This document shows positions 42,010 through 56,823 of a stretch of DNA of 64,000 nt, piece after piece. A program made the position numbers and the translations under genes. Location of the stretch: contig CAJVPI010000011.1 in assembly GCA_910592345.1 (NCBI GenBank), positions 1-64,000 on the forward strand, read 5' to 3'. The stretch comes from Paraglomus brasilianum. Its lineage: Eukaryota. The notes beneath the pieces are model-generated. The model saw only the letters and a program-made list of their open reading frames with translations. It did not search any database and was not told the origin of the DNA. The first letter of the stretch is position 1; each line of letters opens with the position of its first letter.

Positions 42010-45000
42010 ATGGCTCAAACATATGGACAACAAGGACAACAGACTCAATCACAAGAATACACACTCCCAGGAGTGTTGCACTTCTTGCAGTCAGAATGGA
42101 GAAGATACGAGAGGGATAGGAACGAATGGGAGATAGAACGCGCTGAAATGAAGGTGCGTGAGTTATCGGAAGAATAGTCAACTCGATCCGAGTGGAGCTC
42201 GGCGAAATTTTATTTAAAGACATATATAGATCAGAAAAGAGAGGTTTCGAATACATCATTGACTCGTCTATGCGTTCTAGCAAAGAAATCATACTCGGCA
42301 TATCTTTCAATGGGATTTCTCGTGTGATTGTTGATTAATTCGTGTATTACGTTCCATCGATTCCCTAGGCTCGTATTGCGCTGTTAGAAGGCGAACGCCG
42401 TGGAATTGAGAATATGAAAACAGATTTAATGAGAAGAGTTAAAATGCTTGAATATGCGTTGCGACAAGAAAGGCAATTATCATTAATGCATTATTAAAAA
42501 AAAAAAAGCCTCGATTCTTACCGAATTATGGACATTAAATACTCAATCGCACGTAATGATAAACTCATCATGATAAATTTTTTCGTGCCTGATAGGAGTA
42601 AATACGTGGCTGAAAAATCGCACTTGAATAACACGGCTTCCCCACCTGGAATCGCGACAACTGAAGTCACATCGTCCACCAACGAGAATGGAAGTATGTA
42701 ACTTTTAATTCATAGTTTGGCGACGGCGTTTCGTGGAACTTGCATGTCTATTTATTTTTGATAACTCATTCAACACAAATTCTCAGTACCGATAACGGGA
42801 CTGAAACAACCGTCTAGACCAATTTCCGCACAGTATACGAATATACAGTTATCTCGTGACCAGAAAACTCGAGCCAAGAGTCAGCAACTGCTTAAAAAGT
42901 ACGTATTATGTAAGATAATAATTTTATTGATTTTATGTAAACGCGTAAAACAAATATATCATTATGTTAAACAAATCTACTTCTTTCCTCTCTCTTTCTC
43001 ATTACTATTCTTTATTCTACCCATCTCGGTTTTATCTTTTCACTCCTATTCTATTTTTCAAGCTGCCTGCAAGAGATAGAATATCTTACGAGCGTAGCAA
43101 CAACCGGCATCTCACCTATCCCTAATCGTAGCGATACTGTTCAGTTAAATGATTCGACACAGGCATTCTCCCAGCAAGCCAACCGCGCTAGCACCATATA
43201 CTTGGGCTCCGAACCACACGGAACATTATCTCATAACCGTAATGATTCTCGGGAACAAATGCGTCCCTCTCGACCAGCTCCTACTGCTACACCATCAACG
43301 ATAGTACCTCCAAAATCATCCAGTCCACCACTTGAGCAAGTATCATCTCGAAGGCATATTAATGAATATGAGGACAATTGGTTTAATGCTGCTGAAGACA
43401 GGAAGGGTAAAAATAAAGCCGAGACTGGCAAAAGCAATGATGAGGACGAGGACGATTACAATGAAGAACAATCTACACCAATAAGTAGTTCACCTTTCTC
43501 TCCCAGTATTGATGAAACTACAGTTTCTACTATTCGTGGGAGAGAAAGTAGCAATAGAGTTGGAAAGAAAGAGGGAAGTTATTTGGACAAAGGCGTAGAT
43601 GATGAGGAGAGTGTTGCTATGTACGCACAAAAGTCATTTAATAGATGGAGAGAGGCGTTTAACAACAAAATAGGTGCGACTAAGAAGCCATCAAAGAAGA
43701 GTGCAGAAGAAGAGAAAATAGAAGAAGAGCAATTGGTATGTTTGTTATGATGAAATGCGGATTATTGAACGAAGAGTCATGTTAAGCTTCAAAGTTTATT
43801 GTTCTTTTACTGTTTTCATAACTATAACAGAAAAAGGACGTGCAAGCAAAATTTAATTTATCAAACGAGAAATTGGACAAAGTTATAAGAACGACAAAGA
43901 GGAGAAATAGCCATGAATTCATTGGTTTGTATAGTTGAAAAGTTTTTCAAAGGCTGAACAAAACGAAAATATTTACATCATGTCAACATGCGAGTAGGAG
44001 AGCAGACGTCTGACCCTCAGTTGGGTGAGTTATCCAATGCCTGGCGCGACGTTGATGATGAGCAAGGCAATCAAGCAGAGGTAGTGTAAAAGTGACGTGG
44101 ATCTTGTATTACGGCGTCAATCGAATGATATCCGTAGAGGAGACAAAGGTTAATATTTTCCCAAAACTTTTATAATAGACTGATCAAGGGCACGTAAATG
44201 GTGTAGACAATAAATTATGGAAAACGCGATTTACATTACGCAGGTACTTTTTCATTTCATCATTTGTCACATTTTGTTAAAACAACGTATTCGATTAACA
44301 TTGTCAAATCACATTTCTAGTCACCTTGACAGTGTACGGTCATTGTCATGGCACCAATATGAACCGTTATTTGTTTCTGGATCAGAAGATGGGACTGTCA
44401 AATTGTGGGACTTGAATGAAACACTGTCATCAAAGTAAAGCCAACAATAGATTAGAGCCATGTTGTGTTTATTGCATAAGATGTGTGAATTGCTGAAACT
44501 CACGATCTGCCTTCTATTCTATAGACAATTTGACATAAAACCAATACTAACGTATCGTGGTCATACATTACCGGTAACATCCGTGGTGCTATCTACCGAA
44601 CAATCGACCTGTTACTCAGCAAGTATGGATGCTACAATACGTGTATGGAAAATACCAGCTACTAGGGAACTTTATGCACCAGTTGGTAAGGACGATTTTA
44701 TTGTAGTTATCTCTGCTACGGTCTAGCCTTTTCCATGTATATATATACCTATCTTGGAATCCCCCATCCTATTTGTTTGTTTACTGTTGTTTGAGATGAT
44801 CCCTATTCTGCTTGGATGAATTAATTCTTGTCTCACTCAGATCCATCACTAAACTTGACTGCATACATTGGCCATACGGACGTAATCTGGGATTTACGGC
44901 TGTTCCCAATACACGACCGATATTCTCAGTTACTTGCATCGGCTGCTGCTGATGGTACCGTCAAGATATGGGATACTGAAGCAACAGGCTCTCCATTAAA

Positions 45001-45850
45001 GAGTACTTGGAACTATTACGGTATTGGAAATGCTGATAGACTTAATGGTGGAGGTGAGCATTAATAATTGCTGTGATTCCGAAATTTATTTGCGAATAAT
45101 GTTAACATCCAATTCCTTCTGTCAGGCCGTCCCCCGGTGCCAACATCTATAGATTTTGTGCATACAGATCTGAAAAAGATTGCTGTGTCATTTCGAAATT
45201 CGATAATCAAAATCTTTGATATTGAGACGGGACAGCCAGTGGTGACGTTTAAGAGTGATAAAACATATGATGGTACAGCTAGTACGCAGATTAATCGTAT
45301 AATCTGTCACCCAACTATGCCTCAAGTGTTCTCCGCACATGAAGATAAATTTATAAGAGGATTTGATATTAATAGTGGTAAGTACTTCGTGGAATTAGTT
45401 TTTACTGATGAATTCATGGAACACAGTCGATGATATCAACACTGTATGTGCGATGTAGGTGAACCCATATTTTCAATGTCAGCGCATTTGGACTCAGTCA
45501 CATCGCTAGACATTGACCCGTCAGGGATGACATTAATATCAGGAGGTAAATATCAGGTCTTTAGTGACGTATGTGATTTCCGAGGGGGGGAGGATAGGCG
45601 GAGGGTATGTTAGTTCGGCTTAGGTAATGATGATGGATGATAATTACTAAGAAATCCAACTATTTCAATCCAACTAGGCCATGACGCATCAATACGTCTG
45701 TGGGATATTCTTTCAGGGCAAACGTGCGTTCAAGAATTTATGTCTCATCGTCGTAAATCAGATGAAGGCGTACTGTGTCTGCAGTATCATCCAACACTTC
45801 CATGGCTTGCAAGTGGTGGGGCCGACTCTGCAGTTAAAATATATAACTAA
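42010..45850 (+). CDS. Striatin (STRIPAK scaffold; Pro11/Far8-like), multi-exon
   Basis: N-terminal striatin domain [67 protein letters not shown]-terminal WD40 repeats ([50 protein letters not shown]). Confidence 0.95.
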
Positions 45851-46399
45851 CCGTCAATATTCATTACGGTCATTTTATAATATGGGATGCTTTCTGGTAA
45901 AGAATCTTGGTAAACTTATTTGTTAGTACTAATCTGATACATTTATTTTAATTATTGAATGGACCTTGGAATACGTGGTATTACTTCGCAAACTACTTTT
46001 TTTTTTGTATATTCGGGGGTTGTATTCACTTTGCATTCGTTGTCAAGTAGGAATATATATATATATATATATATAATAATGTGTATAATCAATCTAAATA
46101 TAACACTTTTTGTGTAAAACTGTGCCAACTGGTAATAACGGTAGAATAAATGAAAGTTTAATTTCAGATTGACAAACTAAACCAATTTATATTTGGAACG
46201 TGAATCGATGTTAGCAGTGTCGACACAATAAATTGATGAAAGAGACAACACATTTTTGACTTGACGTAAATGTTTATACGCGAACAAGCCTTCAACTGAA
46301 TATGTGGTTGGTGGCTAGTGAATTTGATTGTGGCGTTTATCAGCCGCTTCGACCAATAATATTGGTTACTAAGTCTATTCTGTGAGACCCTTCGCGTGG

Positions 46400-46690
46400 T
46401 GCGTTTCTTGCAATGGCTGTTACAAGAGTCTTTGGAGGAAGTCTTAAAAGAAAAGTTGTCTGCAGATTATGTGATAGCTACTGATACTTCGGGTATGAGG
46501 CATTACTAGAGTGTTAATTTATAGTATATTTATCAATACGCTCGCGGAGCTTTGATGTTGTTATCGTTTCCGTAGCGTTTGAAGGCAAGACGCTCTTCAA
46601 ATGCCGCCAAAGCCGAAATAGCCAATTTACATGCTTTCTCTCAGGTGAATAGTATTCCCACTCATACAATTGTTAGTTATCTTGTCTCTA
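46400..46690 (+). pseudogene. Decayed genomic (intron-retaining) copy of the BolA gene
   Basis: Near-identical to 49135-49477 including introns, with a 2-nt deletion after codon 4, further deletions, and no last exon. Confidence 0.9.
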
Positions 46691-48279
46691 AACATTATCA
46701 ATAACGAACTAAACTGAGACCGTTATTCCTATCATATAAAATTTTATAGTGCTCAGGTTTTCTTGGAAAAGAGGATCCTCATAAAAAATATTTGGTTACG
46801 AAATTTCTAAAGTTGAGTGTAAATAAAACTTACTGCGAATAAAAACTTACTGGTTAAAGGATGTTTAACTCCTATATCATATTGAATATTTTCGGATCTA
46901 GACCATTCTTTTTCGTAACCAGGGGTCAATTCTAACCCATTGCGGGTCAAGAACGCTAGAGTGCATTTCGATTTTCACTTCTACTCGTTTTGTAGTGCGA
47001 TTTGATAAATAAAACTTTGGCATTATGGTAGACGATATTCGAACGCAATAAAAAATAAAATGAGTTTGTGGATATATAAGCTTTATTTTCATATGCAGTA
47101 ACTGAGTTTCATATGCAATAACTGCATTGTAATTGCATTGTGGCTGTATAGTAACTGCATAGTGAAAATATAGTAAAGATTACTAAAGCCAAGAAAAATG
47201 GATGAGTCCGAAGATTTGATGGAATTGCTCATACTCTAAGGCTGAGACTAGATAATAATAATAGTTTACTTATTTGCATATCCTGTCTATAAATCAAATC
47301 ATACAGTGTAATGGAATATTAATTAATTTTTTACACAGTGATCGCTTAAATGGCCGGAAGGCGCTTTACATGCTTCTAGATGATCGTAGGGGTCATAATC
47401 GAATAAAATAAGCCCCATATTAATTTCCATATGAAGGGTTTTTTTTACGATCATTTACAATAGTAATAGTAATAGTAAGAACATATAAACCTCAAATGAA
47501 ACTGGCTTCGAAGAAAGAAAGCTGCGGCCTCAAAACCTTGGCAGCAGACAGTTTAACACCTGTTTCATAAACCAATGGAAAAACCAGGTTTTAAAAAATT
47601 TCTGATAAGCGAACTAACGTTTATGTCAATAAAAACGAGCCATTGGTTTATGTCTAGTTTATAAATATATATTTGCTCTGAAAACATTGATCACCGACAA
47701 TTGCCAAGCTCTAACTTCTTTAACATCAGCCCCAGTTTTTTACATGCCTCGCTTGCCAAATAGCCTTTTATTCCGCCGAGTTACAAAGAGATCATTATGC
47801 AACGAATTGGCATAGATATAATCTTAAACGCAAAGTTGCCGAACTGCCTCCTAACACTTTGGAGGTTTTCGCTCAAAAGCTAATTGATCAGCAAAAGTCT
47901 GACGCAGACAAAGCTGGTTTTAAGGCTGAATGCTATGTTTGCAAGTGACATCGATTTCCATATTATTAAATATAGTAAAACTTACTATTCTGAAAATGCT
48001 TATGCAAATCACTTTCAGTCCAACAAGCGGTTGTAATCTTTTTTGCGCACTGCATTGGTTCCTTGCGCTGATCTTGTTAACAAGAGTGTTGTGTCTTTTA
48101 TGCGCCCTGGCATTAATCAAGTAAAAAAATATACTGTCAATAATAATCGGTCTGAAACAGCCTCATCCAAGTCCGTGCCAAAGGCTTCTGAACATAAATC
48201 ATCCGATGAAATTTCTGCGGATGTAAGTTTCCCTGTTCAAATTTAGATTATTCTTTAATGCGGAAGAAGGCTTAGACGA

Positions 48280-48821
48280 TTCAAGCAGAGGTAGTGTAAA
48301 TGTGACGTGGATCTTGTATTACGGCGTCAATCGAATGATATTCCATAAAGGAGACAAAGGTTAATATTTTCCGTAAATGGTGTAGACAATAAATTATGGA
48401 AAACGCGATTTACATTACACAGGTACTTTTTCATTTCATGCATTCTGTTAAACAACGTATTTCGATTAACATTGTCAAAATCACATCTTGACGGTGTGCG
48501 GTCATTGTCATGGCACCACTATGAACCGTTATTTGTTTCTAGATCAGAAGATGGGACTGTCAAATTGTGGGACTTGAATGAAACACTGTCATCAAAGTAA
48601 AGCCAACAATAGACTAGAGCGATGTTGTGTTTATCGCATAAGATGTGCAATATTAACGCGTGGTGGTCATACAACAATCGACCTGTTACTCAGCCAGTAT
48701 GGACGCTACAATACGTGTATGGAAATACCAGCTACTAGGGAACTTTATGCACCAGTTGGTAAGGACGTTGTTATCTTCGCTACAGTCTAAGCCTTTTTTC
48801 CATGTATATTACGTATATACC
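48280..48821 (+). pseudogene. Decayed genomic copy of an internal striatin segment (source 44071-44750)
   Basis: Long near-identical blocks including intron sequence (TCAAGCAGAGGTAGTGTAAA..., GGGACTGTCAAATTGTGGGACTTGAATG..., GGGAACTTTATGCACCAGTTGGTAAGGACG) with many small deletions. Confidence 0.92.
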
Positions 48822-49146
48822 AGTGGTAGCACGAAGGAATGATTTGCAAGAAAGTCAAATCTGTACCCCAAAATCCTTGCCGATCAATCGTAATAAGTGA
48901 CGCTTACGGTTCTTTTTCCTGTCCGTACTTACGAGTCATACGGCAGACATATCTGTGTAATGAAGTAAGAAGGTTTGCCGGTGATTTTTATAACGATACA
49001 ACTTGTCCCAGACCACCAGTAATTAGATAAAGTCTACTCGTTGATTATTGGTCGATTAAATTTGGGGGATCAAAAAAATGGCCCAATTTCTTTGAAGCCA
49101 ATAATATTGAGAACCCTCACTTTCTTGCGTGATTGCGTTTCTTGCA

Positions 49147-49557
49147 ATGGCTGTTACAAAAGAGTCTTTGGAGGAAGTCTTAAAAGAAAAGTTGTCTGCA
49201 GATTATGTGATAGCTACTGATACTTCGGGTATGAGGCATTACTAGAGTGTTAATTTATTTGTGAAGAATAGTATATTTATCAATACGCTCACAACCCAAG
49301 ACGGTTGTGGTCAAAGCTTTGATGTTGTTATTGTTTCCGCAGTGTTTGAAGGCAAGACGCTCTTGCAGAAACACCAAATGGTTAATAATGCCGCCAAAGC
49401 CGAAATAGCTACTTTACATGCTTTCTCACAGGTGAATAATATTCCCACTCATACAATTGTTAGTTATCTTGTCTCTCACACACATCCCTCATTACCACCT
49501 GAATTTAAGAAAACGTACACGCCAGCTCAGTGGGAAAAGCAGAATAAAACTTCTTAA
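49147..49557 (+). CDS. BOLA2: BolA-family protein (BolA2/Bol2-like); exons 49147-49228, 49301-49431, 49510-49557 (approximate)
   Basis: MAVTKESLEEVLKEKLSADYVIATDTS-DGCGQSFDVVIVSAVFEGKTLLQKHQMVNNAAKAEIATLHAFSQ-KTYTPAQW, with the GCG cysteine and the conserved His of BolA2. Confidence 0.93.
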
Positions 49558-51637
49558 TGTCCGTTAAGCATAACATTTATCATAATAAATGATTCTGTAA
49601 GCTATTTTTTTAGTTTACATTGTACACTCACAAGCACAAACACTGCAGAGCCTTTAGTCATTTTTGAAAACCGAGACTATTATTTTCGTTGAGAGGTTTC
49701 CGTGATATTTCTGGGTGCAGATATCATAGTAAATTTTATGGGATCTCTCCAATTGTTTCATGCTTTTCACTTTGCAAATGGTTGGATTAGAAGATCAGTC
49801 ATTGCTAACCGTGCAAAAAGCTTTTTATTTATTTACTAGTAAATTTCAAGGCCGGTGAGAAATAGTCTTAGAAATTACAGATGATACTGGGCTGGCAAAA
49901 CCTTCCAAAAAGTGAGGTTGTCTATTTGGTGGATCAAACGACAAAAAAAAAGTATCATAAATAGTGCACTTTTTCAAAATGGCGAAAGATACAAAGCTTA
50001 ATAACGGAGACAAAATCGTCCTCGATCTACGGCCACTTCATAAACAGTCGTATAGTTACTCTCTTGGTAAACCTGAATGGAAATTGTAAATTAATTTTCC
50101 ACCTCATGTTAAAATTAAAGTTGAACATTATAACCAATATGCTGCGGCAGTTTTGCGAAATTCAATTCAATAGTCCTATTTTAGAACGTACTGTCTAGAC
50201 CGATCGTACCTACAGACTAGCGGATTTATCCCATCGATAGAAGTAGAGGCGTTTTATTGATAATCGAGAGTCCGCGTATATGTAGGAGTCGTGAGTATGC
50301 AAATCCAATTTTAAGGTTCATTTTAAGTTTAGCAGAGTAGATGTATTGCCAACTTCGTTTGAAGAAGTTAAATCTGAAGATTAATTGCCAATAGCTAATT
50401 AACTCGACAGATCTGGGAATGTGAAAACTACACTGTTATTACCAGATAAAATGGTATTCTGCTCTTTCTGCAATATTTCGAGTGATTACTTGGAAACTCA
50501 TGTAATAGTATAATAATAATGCTCACCACTTCAATAACTGATTCATACTATTATCATGCTAGCTGAAAGTGGGGAGAACGATTAATCAGTTGACCTTGGC
50601 TTTTTTGTTGACGATAAGCCCAGATTACAATAAGTCGGACCCTAATTCTCGTCTCTTATTACGTGTTAGATGGATTTCTTATTCTAATAGATGATAAATA
50701 ATAATTTGGTTACGTAGCTGTGCACGTGCATCCCGAGTTGAGGTTATTCACAGCTAGGCAAGTTTTTAAATGGCAGCGGAGGGATTATCAATTTTCGTAA
50801 TAATTAAGAATCTCAGTCCGTCTTATTTCTTTTATCTGATCGATAGGTCAATTGTTGCATTAAGAATTATTCTTCTGTCAAATAATCTGATACACTCGTA
50901 TGGCAATGGCGGACGCTTATCATATGAATCATCTGCTGTTGTGGAGTGATTCAATTGCTGTCATCACATGAACAGAATTCTATAAACATTCTTTATATTT
51001 AATCAGAGTTACCGTACGTAAAGGTTACCAAGAGCGACGTCCAGTTGTGTTTACTCTTATTGTTATCAATTAAATGAAGAATAAGTAAGTACAGTATATT
51101 CGCGACTGAATTACGCGTAATAGTAATTAAACAAGCTTATTACAAATTTGTCTAAAAAACCAATTGATTGGGGTTTTTTGCTTTGTAAATTGACAAAATT
51201 AAATTAATTAAATGTGAAAAACTAATTCGAAGCGTCTTTGTTTGAAGTTTTATTTTTTAATATATACAAACTGTGTTTGATAGACAGCCGTTTCTTTCTT
51301 TCTTGAGATAAGCTTCGAGTGTCTGATTTTAACGTATTGTAGATATGTAAGAGGCAAAATTTTTTTCTTAAAGTCTGATAGTAGGTTTGATATACCAATC
51401 AATCTTCGAACTCTTTCTAAACGACTACGATGTTATTGACTATTTAAAACAAAACTACAAATGTGTGACGCTGCCTTATTATATAGAATACTGTCACGTA
51501 ATAACGTTTCATGTTTATGAACTTCTGTCATCATAATCGATCTTGTGCTTTATATACAGTGTTACGTAATGCAGACGCATGTAACTCGTGTTTTAACTTT
51601 TATTAATATTGAGTCCGATTTGCTTCATTTTTAATTA

Positions 51638-54600
51638 TCATGTCAGCGGTATCCGACTAGTAGGCTCAGTTGCCACACTCTTTCTCCGCGTAGTTGTCTC
51701 AAATGATCCTGAACGAGCACTTTCGCTTCGCTTAAACTCTAGAATCATTTGTTCAACCTCATCTTTCATTTGCATTGCTACTTGATATATATGCGTTTCT
51801 TCTCGATTATACATTAGAGCGTTCATGAACATTAACATCAAGTCTCGATGAAACTCGTCTGTAGTTGTAACAACCTACAGAAAATGAATTCAACAGAAAT
51901 TAGTACAAGTTACGGAAATGCGAGCGGATTTTCGTAAGATTTCACATACTAAATCACGGAGTCGCTTCCTAATGGTTTTCAGATCCATTGGCTGCTTAAC
52001 AATACTATAATATCCAGGCGCGTCTTGTTCTTTAATCGGATTCTGGAACACGCTCGCAAACCGATGATTACCAATATCAGTTAATATCATATACACAAGT
52101 CTCTGCCACGTCTTGTGTTTCTTGTCAGCCATTGACCCAGCACCTTCTACGCAATGAAATTGAATAAAGGAAAGACATATTTTAGGAATAACAGCACAAT
52201 GCAAAGCAGGTATTAATCAAAAAAGGGGTACCTGACGTCTCTGCACCTGGTGTTACATTTGTTATTTCACTTGCGCCTGATTAAGGATTAACATAAGAAC
52301 AAATGAGACCGGTGTTACGACTTTTATCACGCTTGGTTTTAATGCATAAACCATGTCCGTTATTATCCTTACCATCTCCAGGAGTAGAAGGAGCACGTCC
52401 AGCGGAAGTTGGCGTCCCTTTCATTTCTCTCGATATCAGTTCCAATTCGTGTTCATGATCCTTGCTCATAGTTGCTTCCTTGGCATCCTCATCATCCGAT
52501 GAAACATGTACCATTCGTACGTCATCATCATCACTGGTTTCTTCTCTCGTTGAAGTATCCATACTAGCACTTGCCTGCATTACTATTGTGTAGGGTATCG
52601 GAGATGCCTGTGCTTCAGCTGAATTCATACCTTCCATCTGAACGGGTGACGACACAATTGGAATATGAATAGCATCAAATGAGCTTGTATCTGTGTCTTT
52701 ACCTGCCGTTGGGCTTGTATTCGATGCTTCTATATCTGATTGACCGCCATTACCAGGCGTAGTATCGTCATCGTATTCCATTCTTTCACCAACAGTGGGA
52801 TGAGACGAAGATCCGAGCCCGGCTTCGGCAAAGTGTACACGCGGTGATGTCTCTGCAACATCCCTATGAGTTTCGCCCATTTGTTCATCAATATCCATAG
52901 CCAAATCTTCAGCAACTGTTCGTGGGCTGTCATTTTCCAATTCGGTCTGGCTTGGTGATGTTGCTTTCATTATCCTTCTTAATGCTTCGTGTTTTAGCGG
53001 CTCTAATTCGGTGGCGTTGGGCTCTTGAAAAGTAACGTTATCGGGAATATCAAAGTTATCTTCAGTGAATTTTGGATCAATATCCATATGATCGACTGGC
53101 TTGACTGATGATCCGGATGCTACCAAGTCTTTGCCAATTTTCTCAGAGGCTAACTGTGAGGATTGTTCAATAGTAGCAGATGTTTGATTAATGTCCATTG
53201 AGTCTAAACGTGACCCTTTTTTAGTTGACGACGAGTGAGAAGTCGTCGATCGCAGTGATGTTGTTGATTTTGCTTGTGATGTTGCCGCAGTTTGATCGAT
53301 TTCCATCGCACTTGCCTTGTCGGCTGAAGCTCCTGCCTGTTTATCTCTTGTACTTCTGAAAGTATGTATTGATGTAGTAGGTAATGAAGCAAGACGCGGT
53401 GAACGGGCATGCTTCGTAGTCGTTGTTCGGGCGACCGATGACTTTATTGCTGGAAGAATGTTGGTATTTAATTTATAATCAACGGCCTTATGTGACAAAT
53501 TAATTATTGTGTATCTCACCGTCTGATTTGCCTGCTATGCCTGTCAAAGATGTTGTAATTGCATTAGTCATTGCGAACTTATGTTGCCAACTGAATCGTC
53601 AACATTAAGTAATCAAACCTTTCGCAACAGTAGCGTTTGTCTTGGTAGTTGCCTCTAGTACATTTGGCGTATGATCCTTTTCCCGATTTTGTTCTTTCAG
53701 TATTTCCCTTAACTCATCATCCCTTTTCCCTGATCTTATCTCATCTATCTCTGCCACAACCTTGCTAAAAGAGATAATTGCAATTAGTACGGGGTGTCTG
53801 GTTACAAATAAGAGTCGTATTTGTGATAGCTTTACCGAAATCTCTGTTCTTCTTCGCCGATTAATGATCTTAGTTCGCCTATCCGGTCACTATATAGTTT
53901 ACGAGCCAATTTTGCGGCCACCGGCATTCGCGTATCTAAGAAAGGACAAGAATAAAATATTGACGCAAAACATGTTGTGTGAATACAAATTCAAAGTGAT
54001 TATTATTGCTTACGTCTGCTCTGCTAAATTGCAAATAATAAACAATAATCCTACTGAACCATTTGCCCCTATGCCTTCTCCAAGTTTCTTTTTATTCTCT
54101 CTGGATGTATTAAGAGAAATAGAGGAAGCATCAGAAATTTGTAGCTCAAAACGTATTAATATAGTAAAGTAGACAATATCTTGCACTGAATATATGATGG
54201 ATATCCTTGATAGCTATTATACAAGAAAACATTCACCCACTATCCAACAAGTCAAGTGACTATCCTACCGTCATGACGCGTTCCCTCGTACTGTAATTTT
54301 GATTATACTGTCGTTCACTGCAATTACACATGTAAGCTATTTATAATTTAATTAACTTGCCCCTTGATGTATATTCAGCGCAAGAAATCGTGACAAGAAG
54401 TCGCGAATAGCGTAATACATACAATTCAACTTCATCCAGCTCCAAAGGCCCTATGAGAACCTTGTATTTATTTTGGCAAATCTGTTCATTAACAATCGAT
54501 TGTCAGTACTAGAACACATTTGGAGCCTCTTTGTCAAACAACGATCGTGTTGCCACAAGGACAACTGTAGCTATCGTAACTAACTCTTTTTTTTTTTTAA

Positions 54601-54923
54601 CTAGCTAAATTCCCAGAGTTATACCAATTTGCGTAAGAAGCGAAAGTAAGAATCATGGTCTAATAAATAACCTGCTTGTGGCGTAAACTTATTGGTTGTC
54701 TCACGTGACTTAAACCCATAACAACGGTTTTACTATCTTCTTGAGAGCAAGCTAATCAACATACCTTTGGTGAAAAAAATTCCGGTGGTCTGTCAATCAT
54801 GGGATGCTGTTTCATGGTTCGAGAAACTGCTAGCCAATTATCACTAAACTTGTATACTGCTTGTGCCAAGAGCAGTTTCTCAAAAGCCGTCCAAGTGTCT
54901 TCTGCAGAGGTATGTTGAACCAT
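51638..54923 (-). CDS. BRD8-like bromodomain protein (N-terminal SANT-like region, long low-complexity linker, C-terminal bromodomain)
   Basis: N-terminus WTAFEKLLLAQAVYKFSDNWLAVSRTMKQHP; bromodomain HRFASVFQNPIKEQDAPGYYSIVKQPMDLKTI...EFHRDLMLMFMNALMYN. Confidence 0.88.
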
Positions 54924-56823
54924 TTTCACATAACTATAAGGTAAAGATCGAAAGGAAGGGACAAAGCCTCAACGTTGACGAAGAAAAGCGCTATGGAAAA
55001 AGTTTTCCTTGACAAGTTCCGTTTGCTTATATATGTATATATGGTTACAGACAACGTGGAAGATTTTTGCACGAGCTTACGTAACGAAATAAACAACAAA
55101 ATATTGCAAAATATTGCGCCGCACGGGAACACACACTTTGAGTATCCTTTCTCTGATTGGCGTGCACGCGCGTTCATATCTATAATCATGTGATATAAAA
55201 CGAGACAAAGTGAATCAAGGATCTTTTGTCTTGGACATTTTTATTTATCCTATTATGGAACAGTCTCTTTAGGGTTATGCATGGATTAATTCTTTGTTTG
55301 GGAGAAAAAAGAAATTTACTTGGAGACAGTAACAGGAATTCGACCGCGATTTTTCGTTAATTAAAAGCCTCTCCCCAAAGTTGGTCAGTTATTCTTTTGG
55401 TTCTCGCCGACTAGTTGATATTTTTTAAAATTCACATTATTCATCGCAAATGTTGAATCTACTCAATTTGCTTGGTTAAACCATTTTTAACGCAATAAGT
55501 CACAAAAGTGAATACGTTGGAACTTGAAACTATTTATGTAATTTTAATATGTGAGCAGTGCTCGGTATAAACATTGGTAGCTAATACTAACAAAGACCGC
55601 AAATCTCAAAAAACTCAGCCACTGATAAAAGAAACGAATGCAATAACTCAACAATATGTCCTTTGTCTCTGAATTGTTTTTATTAATCACCCCAAACATG
55701 GCAAACACAATAATTGTCATAGTCACGTTGTTAGACATTACTAATAACGATAGCATAACCACTTCGGGTTTAGCTAAATTCGGCTTCTTTGTGCTTACTA
55801 TAACCATTTTTTTAAAGCGCAGAAACACTTAAGCCAATCATTTGTTCCTTAATCATTATTTGTATTAATTCCGCCACCAAGCTACATTTAAGACCAACTC
55901 TTGTTATAGAGCCATTCCTTAATAGAACTTTTTCACGCAGTCTAAACCATCAATGCATCTTCCACAAATAGAGGAAGTTTCTACTGTTAGAATTACTCAT
56001 TACATTTATCATGGACATTACCTTGTTCTATTGTTGGTATTGATTACTATATTAAGATTTATATCGGGCAAATTCATTATTTCTATTGTTTGTAGAATCA
56101 TATTGTGTCCAATAAGATTTTTGTAACCAGGCTTTTAAGCTCACGATCATGGTGGAGTCAAAACTCCTAATGATAAATGTCAAATGTCGCATAGCAATAT
56201 CTTAATATTTGCTCCCCGTCTAAATGTCTCTTTCGGTGAACAAGCGCAAACAGTCTAGGGGATTGGAAGATCAAACAATCGGATATCTTCCCGTTTGTTA
56301 CCCCCTTGGTCTCCCTGCATGCCAAACTCAAACCTTATTATTAACGTCGCAAGTTGTCGAGTGAGACTGAACGATATATATTTCCAAAGCCAAAAAGAAA
56401 ACAGGACATTATTGACTCAAGGGGAAGAAGTACGTTGAAACTGCAAGCCGACAAAATCCCCATATTAATATTGAAACACAAAAGGATACCTTCCCGATGT
56501 TTATCTAATTGATATAAAACTTTTTTTGATATAAATTATCATAAGTCTATAGTGATTTAAAGAGTTAGTCCGCAAAAATCAAGCGTGATTAGACCTGCCC
56601 ATATATACGAAAGATTTGCACAAGAAAGTAGATCTATTGGCTAGAGAATACAAAGATTTAATAATACTACGTATGGACACATACTGTATATTGAATCATT
56701 GCCATAAAAACTTTGAATACAAATAGTGTACTACACTACACTAGTGTGACGAAGCAGGAATACCTCAACTGATTTCACGTGGCGAAATTCACAGCCATCA
56801 TCATTTCACAGCTCACATCAATA

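Noticed and set aside
46845..47023. Short coding-like segment (MPKFYLSNRTTKRVEVKI) ending at a GTAAGT donor
   Set aside because: It contains an apparent frameshift and has no recognisable homology.
49979..50060. MAKDTKLNNGDKI resembling an aldo-keto reductase start
   Set aside because: No downstream AKR motifs were recoverable.
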